DNA of 64,000 nt from Raillietiella orientalis (lineage: Eukaryota): positions 1,550,001 to 1,614,000 of the forward strand of contig JAYWIR010000032.1 in assembly GCA_036172245.1 (NCBI GenBank), given 5' to 3'. The position numbers and the translations under genes are program-made. Shown here piece after piece: positions 11,401-21,500 of the stretch. Positions within the stretch are counted from its first letter, which is position 1, and every line of letters starts with the position of its first letter. The notes under the pieces were generated by a model. That model had not been told where the DNA came from. It searched no databases and was given only the letters and a program-made list of their open reading frames with translations.

Positions 11401-14293
11401 GCTTTAAGGGCGTTCCGAATGTAGCCTCCACCGCTGCAGGAACGCGCCCCCTTTTCGTAAGGCTTGAGTTCGCAGGCAACTCTCAGTTCGTAATGACGAA
11501 ATCAATGGCGCCAGCACAAACTGGGTCCTTCAACACCCTCGCCAAAATTGAAGCTGGGCGATGCCTGCAGCATGCGGTGCACCGGGACAGAAGCGACCCC
11601 TCAGCTTTGCGACAACCCTGACGGCACCTGACGGGTTCCTCCAGTGGAGTCACGTTTCATCATAGCGCCACCATCGTTCCTGCCAAGAAGGTCCTCTGCG
11701 CATCTGCTGCAAAGGTGGGAGATTTCCGGGATTCTGAAATTCTGCAATCGCCTGCCTGGTTTCTTGGAGGCACGGCCCTCTGTAGCTTCAAGCGCTTGGA
11801 GGGCGCAGAAGACGGCCGTTGCTTTGTTGGGCGGGGGGCGCCATTCCCTTCTACCGTTCACCCTGACAACATGAGCCTTCCGCTCCGGCGCCCGTTTTGC
11901 CATCCACGCCATATTCACTTGAAAGAGCTGCTGGCAGCGGACACGTCTTCTGCAGTTGAAGCCATGTACCCGCAAGCGAAGGAAATGCGCGCCTTTTCAC
12001 CTGCCGCGCACTGCGGGCGTCGCCGTCCGTGACCGCCCCTTCGGTTGCCGATTCGACGCATCTCCGGGAGAGACCGCCACCTGAAATCGCGGAAAACGCC
12101 CGACCAGAGCCGCCAACTGCTGCTCGCGCGGTTCTGTTCTTCAGCACGAGAACTGGGATCTCCCGTCTCCTGTCGAAGGAAGCGCCTATCACGGAACAGC
12201 CTCCAGCTGTTCTTTCTGGAGGGGTCAGATTTCCGCCACCCCACCTGCCGAAGAGCTCACAGCAAGCGACGGAGAAGAGCTACCACCCGCGCATCTGCCC
12301 CTCCCGCGTTCGTCACCATCTCTACGCCGGACGCCCGTTCCCCTCAGCGAAGCAGCGACGGCGCGAAGGGAGCGGCCCGAAAGGGCACTCAAACCAGAAA
12401 ATTCCTCGTCCTTGCCTAGCGGATGCCTAGCTGGTGTCTATCGACGTTCTCGCCTCGGGAGCTCGGCGTTCATTCCATCCGTGTCTGCTGTCCGGTGATT
12501 TTGGTCCCGCATCTCTCTCATGGCAGCTTCATTCTTCGGAACATGTCCACTCAAGGACGACCAGACTCCAGCGTGGATGTCTTCCGACGCTCCGTCGTGT
12601 CTGAAAGGCGTCGTCGCTCACGGGCCCGCGGCGCGCCTTACTCTATGCGCTGCGGCAGGCGCGGTAAGCGCTGTCAGTCTGTTTGCGGGTTCTCCCGGCA
12701 TTCCCGTTGGGTTCCTTCGGCCGTCTTGCGCACCCCTCGAAGCTGCGTGCGATCGCGAAGGTTCAGCACGCCCTATGCGCTCGCATGCACGACACCCGCG
12801 GGCAGCCTCCTCGCGTCCGCGGAGATCTCGAACCGATCCGTCTCGGGAGGGTGCATGCGGCACGCACGCGCACAGATTCCGTCCACGATGAGCGCGGTCA
12901 CTTCCCGACAGTCGACAAGAAGGAAAAGAAATGTAAATACACGTAAAGAAATGTGGAGATGAAGAAGAAAGCCTTGACGCCGCCAGCATGGCGCTGGAGA
13001 AGATCACGCGGGGCTATCCTTCTGTTTGGATCCTGCAAGCAGCCACTTTATGGAACCGTTTGGACTCCAATCGGTGGTCTGTGTTCGACTTCTCCGAGGT
13101 GAAACTGCAAACGCTCCTGGAACGCAAGAGGGTACGCCGGTCGTATTGCTGGCGTTTGCAGGGATGGTGGTAGAAACAGTGGCTTCCATCGGCGACCAGA
13201 ATGATGACCAGCCGATGGACCAGAGGTGGAGTAACCGCGACACCCTACAAAAGGATGGTGACTGCAACGGCCGTGCTCCTGCAAAGGAGGATTCCGATGC
13301 AGATTTGTCCTCGACCCTTTGACAAGCATGCAAATGAACATTTTGGAAATTGCTTGCCCTCGACGATAGCCGTCCGTGCCTTGCCGCGCTGAAGAGTGGA
13401 GGCTCCATTCTGTCTCCTGAGGCAGCAATCGGATGCAGCGATTCCGGAATCGGTGGGAGTCTCCGTGTCGCGGCTGCTGCTTCGGGCAGCAGCTCCGGCT
13501 GGCGGCAGGTTCCGTGGATCATTCAAGGTCGCGTAGGGTTGGATGCAAGCGCCCTCGCTCCGATTCAGCTCCTGCTCGAGGAGAAAGGTAAAGTCAGCGC
13601 AGCTGGGAGGGACGAAGAAATCCTCGCCCGGTCCGTTTCTTTGCTTGCGACGAAGAGGAAATGCGGATGGTGCGTGTTCTGGGAGGCTCGGAGCAGGATT
13701 TGGGCAGATTTTCCGGTCCATGAGCACTCGCCATGTCTCTTCGTTCCGCCTCCCATTTGAGTGGCCATCCGGAATTTCGCGCTGCGGTCGTCGACGTCGC
13801 AAAGGTCCCCGGATGTAAGCTGACGAACGGGGATGGTAAAAGGCCGGGAGCGGACCTCTCGATCGCCTGCCAACCCAACTGTCGGGGTCACGGGGTTGCA
13901 AGTGGTGGTGGCGTTCCCCACGTAGACCACTCGCGGAAAACGACGCCGCGAGAGGTGTTGTAGGCAGTGCGACAGCCGTCGAAACTGCGCAGCTTTGTCC
14001 GACGAAAGGCGCAGCGCTAGCGCGTGCTGACGTGCATTCGATTCCCCGGATAAAAGGGGAAAGCAGTGGCTGGTGGCAGTCGTTTTGCTTATTTGGCTTT
14101 TTGGTCGACCACGGGTCGGCTTGGCTTGTGGGTGCAAGTAGGTAGACTCAAACAGAGAGGTGGGATGAATTGAGCGAGCGACCTTGCACATGGAATTTGC
14201 TGTAAACACGAATGGTGGACGTGTGCAATCCATAACACTGATACCAAGGAAAGCAACAACAAAGAACAAGAGAGAAAGCTGCAATCTCTTGAA

Positions 14294-17200
14294 ATGGTTG
14301 ATGCCGGTGTGAGCAGGAGACCTGGTGGTATCGACGAAGAGGATGCACGTGAAGAGCCGGAGATTTCTTCGAAAAGTGTGTGTCTGTTCGTCGACGACAG
14401 CTTTCGCCATGCTTTGGCATCACTCCATGAGGCCGTCGTCACTGGAGACGAGGAGACGGTGGAGACATTTCTCAAGGAAGGAACGGAGTTGTCCTCTCGT
14501 GACGACTACGGTAGCACCCCGCTGCACCTGGCTGCAGAGCAGATGAACGATCACATCGCTGTATTGCTTCTACGCGGCGGTGCAGACGCTGATGTTTTGG
14601 ATGCGAGGGGGATGGCACCTCTGCATATCGCTACCGAGAATGGATCTTTAAAAATGGCGACAGAACTCTTAAGGCATGGCGCCAACGTGAACTGTGTAAT
14701 GTTCACGCAGAGCAGTACGTCTCTCGATCTCGTTCCGAAAACTGAGGAACAAGTGACTCGAAAACCTGGTCAACCTTCTGTCAAGCCTGTATGCCCTACC
14801 ACAGCAGTAGCTCATTGGTATATTCCCGATGAAGGGGAGCAGTCGCTTCCAAAACTCCCTGTTGAATACAGGGTCGTCGTTTCCTGTCGGTACATGAATG
14901 CGACGACTGCGCTTCACATGGCTTGCTGCAAAGGTCACGAGAAACTGGTAAAGCTCCTCCTGGATTACGACGCTGATGTGAATGCGAAGGACGAGGTTGG
15001 CACAACCTGCCTCATGTTGGCCACTGATTTCGAGAGGACTCATATAATGAAACTGCTCTTGGATTCCAACGCTGATGTGAACGCCAAGGCCCAGTTCAAG
15101 ACCACTGCGCTCCACGTGGCATCGGAGAAAGCGAACGAAACGATGGCGAAGCTGCTTTTGGATTACGGGGCGGATATAAATGCACAGAACAATGGAGGCA
15201 TCATCCCTCTCCATGTAGCTGCGAAACACGAAAACTTTGAAGTGATAAAGCTTCTTCTAGATCATCGTGCCGACGTGAATCATAAGGACCAAAGAGGAAT
15301 CACTGCGCTCCAGATTGCATCCGCAGGATCGGATACCACAATCGTGAAGCTACTTCTGGAGTACAGGGCGGATGTGAACACGCAGGACCATTGTAGAAGA
15401 ACATGTCTCCAGGCTGCTTGCGTTAACCAAAGGGCGTCGACGGTGAAGTTGCTTTTAGATCACGAAGCCGATGTCAACGCGAAGGGGAAGGACGGTGCGA
15501 CTGCGCTTCACATCGCTTCCAGGAAATCCAACAAGCTGATAGTAAAGCTCCTCTTGGATGTCGGAGCGGATGTGCATGCTAAAGATGACAACGGAGAAAC
15601 CCCTCTCCAAAAAGCCCTGCTGTTCGATAGAGTGGAAGCTACGGAAATTCTGCTGGACCACAATGCCGACGTCAACACAGGGAGAAAGGACGGCAAAACG
15701 GCGCTCCACATCGCATGCACGAAGTCAAGAGAAGAGACAGTCAGGCTTCTTTTGGCATCTCGAGCAGAGGTGAACGCAGCAGACGGAAATGGAGAGACGC
15801 CACTTCATGCGGCCGCATCCGCCGGCAGAGTGCAAATAGCAAAGCTTCTGTTGGATTGCGGCGCTGACGTGAACCACCAGGCGCACAACGGGGCGACTGC
15901 CCTGCACTTTGCGTCCTCGCCAGGAAGCTATGAGTTGGTGAGACTTCTCTTGGACCGTAATGCAAACATCAGCGCGGAAATGGGAGACGGAAAAACCGCG
16001 ATCCACATCGCTTCCGGAGGGTTTAACCTCGATGTGGTCAGGGTTCTCCTGGAGAGCTTCGCCGATGTGAATGCCCTAGACCTGAGTGGAGCGACTCCTC
16101 TCCATGTCGCTTCGCGGAGAGGAAACGAACAGATGGTGAAGCTGCTTGCGTACAACTGGGCAGATATCAATGCGCAGGACGGCGATGGGAGAACTCCCAT
16201 TCAGGATGCTGTGACAAACGGGAACTTTGGGATAGTGGAGATTTTTCTGAATCACCATGCCAACGTCAACCATAAAGATCTAAGAGGAATCACTGCGCTC
16301 CACATTGCATCCGCGAAATCGGATGTTACAATCGTGAAGCTACTTCTGAATTACATGGCGAATGTGAACGCAGAGGACTATGATGGAAGAACCTGTCTTC
16401 AGGTAGCTTGCTTGAACCAGAGGTTGTGGACGGTGAAGACGCTCTTGGATCACAACGCTGAAGTAAACGCGAGGAACAAGCATGGCATGACCGCTCTTCA
16501 CGTCGCTTGCAGGCAATCGAGCTATGAAATAGTGAAGCTTCTTTTGGAATACTACGCAGATGCGGATGCGAGAGATGACAACGGAGAAACCGCTCTAATA
16601 AAAGTTGCAGCTTCCTCTAGAACCGACATAGCGAAGCTTCTGTTGGAGCACAACGTGTATGTCAACGCAAGGACGAATAACGGAATAACGGCGCTGCATA
16701 TGGCGTCCACGAAGTCCACCCAAGAAATCGTGAAGATTCTCTTGGATTATGGAGCGGATGTAAATGTTCAAGATGTGGATGGAACAACCCCACTCATGTA
16801 CTCTATATCCGCCGGTGAAGATAAGATAACGGAACTTCTGTTGGAAAGAGGCGCCGAACCCAACGAGACGAAGAAGGATGGCACGACGGCGCTACACATC
16901 GCGGCATGGAAATCCAACTATACAGTGGTGTGGCTTCTGTTAAAGTACAACACCGACGTCAACGCGAAGGCAGAAACCGGGCAGACTGCACTGCACCTTG
17001 CTTCCATAATATCAAACGATCAAATAGCAATGCTCCTCTTGGATAACAACGCCGACGTCAACGCGAGGAGGAACGACGGGACGACCGCTCTCCACATTGC
17101 GGCCACCAAGTCGAACACGGAATCGGTAAAGGTTCTTTTGAAATACCATGCCGACGTGAACGTGAGGACAAGGAACGGATGGACAGCGATGCACATAGCG

Positions 17201-18058
17201 TCGAGGAAAGCGAACTTCGAGATCGTTAAGCTCCTTTTGGAATGCGGAGCGGACGTGAATGCTCAGGATGATGAAGAGACAACCCCTCTTCATGAGGCTA
17301 CATACGTCTGCTGCGGAGAGGTGGTCCAACTTCTGCTGGCAGCCAGAGCCGACGTCAACGCAAGCAAAAACGACGGGGCGACCGCTCTCCACATTGCGTC
17401 CTGGAAGTCGAGCACCGACATCGTAAAGCTTCTCCTGGAAAACGGCGCTGACACCAGCGCGAAGACCCAAAGTGGACAGACTCCGCTGTACGTTGCATCA
17501 GCTCTGCCACACGATATGATCATGAAGCTCCTTTTGTGTTACGACGCAGACGCCAACGTGAAAAAAAACGATGGAGCGACTCCCCTCCACATCGCGTCCG
17601 TGAAATCAAATGCAGCCGCGGTGGAGCTTCTCTTGGAATTCCGAGCAGACGTGGATGCGAGAGACAACCTGGGGAAGACCCCGCTTCACGAGTCCGCCGC
17701 CGCAGGCACCATCGACGTGGGGAGAATCCTGCTGCAATTCCACGCCGACGTAAACGCGAGGAGGCGAGACGGAGCCACTGCTCTACACGCGGCCACCGCG
17801 AAATCGCACTTGGATTTCGTGAAGCTCCTTCTGGACCACCGCGCCTATGTCGATGCGCGGACCAAAACCCTAACGACTCCACTCCACCTTGCGTGCACGC
17901 ATCCAAACGAAGAGGTGGTCAAGCTCCTCTTGAGGCACAACGCCGATGTGCATTCCAGGAAAGTGGATGGAACAAGTTGCTTGGACTTGGCCCTGATGAG
18001 TGGAAATGCAGAGGTGATAAGCATAATCCAGACACACATGGCATACCAACAACAGTGA
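14294..18058 (+). CDS. Intronless ankyrin-repeat protein, 1254 aa, ~35 ANK repeats with a 64-aa insert after repeat 3
   Basis: Uninterrupted 3765-nt ORF. I count 35 copies of the 33-aa G-x-T-[PA]-L-H-x-A...LL-x-x-x-A-D-V-N consensus. AATAAA at 18221-18226. Confidence 0.95.
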   Translation: MVDAGVSRRPGGIDEEDAREEPEISSKSVCLFVDDSFRHALASLHEAVVTGDEETVETFLKEGTELSSRDDYGSTPLHLAAEQMNDHIAVLLLRGGADADVLDARGMAPLHIATENGSLKMATELLRHGANVNCVMFTQSSTSLDLVPKTEEQVTRKPGQPSVKPVCPTTAVAHWYIPDEGEQSLPKLPVEYRVVVSCRYMNATTALHMACCKGHEKLVKLLLDYDADVNAKDEVGTTCLMLATDFERTHIMKLLLDSNADVNAKAQFKTTALHVASEKANETMAKLLLDYGADINAQNNGGIIPLHVAAKHENFEVIKLLLDHRADVNHKDQRGITALQIASAGSDTTIVKLLLEYRADVNTQDHCRRTCLQAACVNQRASTVKLLLDHEADVNAKGKDGATALHIASRKSNKLIVKLLLDVGADVHAKDDNGETPLQKALLFDRVEATEILLDHNADVNTGRKDGKTALHIACTKSREETVRLLLASRAEVNAADGNGETPLHAAASAGRVQIAKLLLDCGADVNHQAHNGATALHFASSPGSYELVRLLLDRNANISAEMGDGKTAIHIASGGFNLDVVRVLLESFADVNALDLSGATPLHVASRRGNEQMVKLLAYNWADINAQDGDGRTPIQDAVTNGNFGIVEIFLNHHANVNHKDLRGITALHIASAKSDVTIVKLLLNYMANVNAEDYDGRTCLQVACLNQRLWTVKTLLDHNAEVNARNKHGMTALHVACRQSSYEIVKLLLEYYADADARDDNGETALIKVAASSRTDIAKLLLEHNVYVNARTNNGITALHMASTKSTQEIVKILLDYGADVNVQDVDGTTPLMYSISAGEDKITELLLERGAEPNETKKDGTTALHIAAWKSNYTVVWLLLKYNTDVNAKAETGQTALHLASIISNDQIAMLLLDNNADVNARRNDGTTALHIAATKSNTESVKVLLKYHADVNVRTRNGWTAMHIASRKANFEIVKLLLECGADVNAQDDEETTPLHEATYVCCGEVVQLLLAARADVNASKNDGATALHIASWKSSTDIVKLLLENGADTSAKTQSGQTPLYVASALPHDMIMKLLLCYDADANVKKNDGATPLHIASVKSNAAAVELLLEFRADVDARDNLGKTPLHESAAAGTIDVGRILLQFHADVNARRRDGATALHAATAKSHLDFVKLLLDHRAYVDARTKTLTTPLHLACTHPNEEVVKLLLRHNADVHSRKVDGTSCLDLALMSGNAEVISIIQTHMAYQQQ

Positions 18059-18597
18059 TGCGGAGTACTGCCTTTCCTCCTCCTTCCCGGGGATCCAATC
18101 GTGAAATCCTAAACACTCTTAAAATGCAAAAAGCAGCACAGTTGTCGCTGCGCTCACAGGGACCATGAATCTGGACGAACCTAACGAAGAATTCGGTCAA
18201 TCTATCACAACTGAAGAACAAATAAATCACCAGAAAACAAGAAATGCGAAGTTGAATTCGTAGAACGTGGTCCTTTTTACTTCAAAAGTCCCCATGCCTC
18301 ATGGATAATGGGGACTTCCGTTAAAATCTTGGGGATATTACTCTTTTCGAATTTCTATCACTGATGGTCACCTCCCCGTTGACAGCGAAGTGTCAAAAGC
18401 ATGGTGAGCTCCGAAGATCAGGAGAGGACGGTTAAGCCTGATAGCTTTGGCACCAGTCTGTCTGCAGCCTACTCGTGTCTGGCTTGTGCTGTGGTCGTCT
18501 GCCGTACTCATCTGGTTGCGGTCGAGGTGGGGTCCGTGTTTTCCCCGATGACCACCTCTGTTCGAGGGTGGACGACGAGGGCAAAGACAATTCATCT

Positions 18598-21500
18598 TGA
18601 TCCGATAGCTGAGTGCTCCTCGGCCACCACCTGCGTTTGCTGCAGCGACGGAAGATCCATCCACCCCTCCGCACGTTCGCAGGGTCGCGCTCGAGCCCTG
18701 TCCTTTCGCTGGGATCTTCGGGGCAAAAATCTGGGTTGAAGCTGACGACTGGAGCGGTCACTGGAAAACCCGGTGGCATCGTGGATGCTCGCCGAAGGAC
18801 CGCTCCTCATGCTCCTTGTCAAACGGAGGTGGCTTGGCAGATTTCGGGCATCTCTCTATCGGAATCAGCTTCCGCGTGTCTCTTTTGTAGCGGGCTGCAA
18901 AGAGTAAAGGAGCGAAGGGGATTCCTTGCTACCGAATCTGCCCTCGCGCAACCCCCAAGCATCTCAGTGAGCTGCACGTGATGATGATCTTCGTCCTGCC
19001 CTTTGAATACGCATTACGCGCATCTTTGTGGGATCTAGTGCCCGCTCCTTGCGCACCCGGAAGCATGCCGAGTAATGGGTGGCTGCGGTGCGCGGCTGCT
19101 CGGGTCGCTCTGGCGTTCGAATTGCCGGAGGCTATGCCCAGCCAGATTGTCAGGAGCATGGCTGTCAGCGGAATCGTCGCTGCTATCGTAGAACTGCGAA
19201 GTTCAACTGGGAAGGGAGTTGAAGTCCTCGCTTAGTTTGTTTCTTTGCACTGTCCGCGAGTCTTGGGTTCTGCTGGCGCTGCCCCATCAACCCAAGACCT
19301 TCGCGGTTGCACAAGCAGTCACTGCTGATCCCCATGGCAGGCCTCGTGCTGACCTTTTCGGTTCAGTCGCGGTTCGACGAGGGCAAAGACAATTCATCTT
19401 GTCGGAGCAACCGAGGATGGTGTCCGGGTCTGGTTCCTCGCTGCTGGCACCGGGAGACGCAAATTTGGAGAATGCTTCATCAACCATTCGTGTGCCCATG
19501 AACCGATCCCAACCTAGGTTTTGGAGTGTTTCAGAAACAAAGGAAGGGACCGGGTTCGGCTTGAAGATTCCGTGCTTCTCCCATTTGAGCGGTCCTCAAC
19601 ATCGCCCAAATGCGGGAGATCTCAAAGATCTCCTGCAGGTCATTCCCAAGGCGAAGCGCGCAGAGAAGCCTTCCTAGAAGTTCTCTCTTTCTTCAGCAAG
19701 CAGCCTTGTGAGAGGCCGCTCAGTGGAGACACAATCTCGGCAATCCGATGCAGCGAATCTGCTGAACTCTGAAGGACGAGTGTGTTGCTCGCCGTTGAAC
19801 TTCTTTCACACACGTATTCGTCGGAGCAATTCTTACAAACGGATCCAACATAGATTTTAAGTGAAAGAACTCCGACCATCTTCTGGGGAGATCAGCAAGA
19901 ATCCTGCCGTGTTGCCAGCACGCACATGGGCGAATCTCGGTTCCGGCAACGACAAGGAAGGGAAGAACCCAAAACCATCAACCGCAAAGAACAAAAACGA
20001 AAGGCGGGAAAAGTTTCTCTTGGAGGGAGATGGAATGGTTAGTCACTGTTCAATGTCCTCGTCCTCGTCTGGGATATCAGCCGTTCAGAGCGTTCGTCTC
20101 CATGGTGGAGCCATTTTTCGGCGATCGTCACGAGCGATTTCATCCCCGCGGATGGCGTTTACTCTGTCCTCTTTATTCTGCGCAGCCTCGAATGCGGCAA
20201 GAAATGATAACGCTCAGGCGGCAAAGAGCTTGCAGGCGCTCATCTGGTGGCCGTACATCGCGCTCGAAGAGGCCTTTTGGCAATGCGATGGGGTTGGTTC
20301 AGCGGAAACTGACAGTTAAGAAGCAGCTTCGAAATGCGCTTCGTTTTCCCGCAAATCGAACACTTCAGGTCATCTTCACCCTCGCTTGTCAGCAGCTGGA
20401 TGCGCTCCTTGCATGCAATGTCTCCATCCAGGATGGACAATCTTCTCCACTTTGAGGAGAGTTTGGAACTAAACTCAAAGATAGAGAGCAGCCCCCGAAC
20501 TTCTGGAGGGAATTCGAGAAGCTGGCTGCAAGGCTTGAGTCCCTGGGGTGAGACATCAGGAGTGGCAGCGTCCCTGAACACGCGTGTTTTCCGCCTACAG
20601 AGAGGTTTTCTTCCAGTTGCAATGCAGCATCAAGAACACGAAGTCGCCGAAGCACGTGCGACGCGCCGAAAGGCAATTTCGTTCGCTCCGGATTATGCCA
20701 CTGCGGAAAGGAGACCCGAGGTCATACGAGCTTTAACCTTTAGGTTGACATGGGAGCAATGGCGAAGTTCTCAGTGTTTGGGGAGAACAGATATTTGAGA
20801 AAACCGCTCGGGATCGGAGTTTTCAGCACAGCTCGATGCATAATACAGAAAGCGCGAATCCTACCGACGCCTCTGTCAGATGTTGGTTGCGATCCGAACC
20901 TTCTTCTTTTTTAGCCTTCGACGACTCTCGATGCTGGGAACGCATCCCGAACGTGACTGGAAACAGGTCGAAGGGAAATGGGAAAGACGGAAGCGGTTGT
21001 GTTGCACCTGCTCGCAATGGCTTCCAACGAGTACCTTTGCGGCACTGAAAGAAGCGGATAACTCTAGCGATCCGTTGAAGCTGCCACCTTCATCATGGAC
21101 AGTGTCTTGAAGCGCCCAACAACTCGCGGTGTCGCTGTCAGAGATGCAGCCAAGCAGTCCCTCCGAGAGGTGGCCCGTAAGAAGAAGCGGTATCGACAAG
21201 GGCGCATACTGACCAGTGCTGTTCGAGGCGACCGTGCGCAGACTGACAGGGGCATGTTCTCGTCGTCTTGATGACCGAACAGCGAGACTGGCGCCGCCTC
21301 CGGAGGGCAGTGGGAGGAGCGGACAAACTGCGCTCGAAGTTTGGCAATCTCCTTGAGGCAGAACGGGGTCCACGGTGCATCGATAGATGCTGCTGCATCC
21401 TTCAGGTCAGACAGAGTCCAGCTGCTACCCTGATGGGGAAAGACGGGCGCCGCCTGAGCAACTGGATTCCGGTCGCCATCGCAAATACCGATGTTCTCCA

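Noticed and set aside
14294..18058. Naming the ANK gene as ankyrin-1/2/3, ANKRD17/MASK, tankyrase or a latrotoxin
   Set aside because: No ZU5/death, KH, SAM/PARP or toxin N-terminal domain; it is essentially repeats only, so no symbol was assigned.
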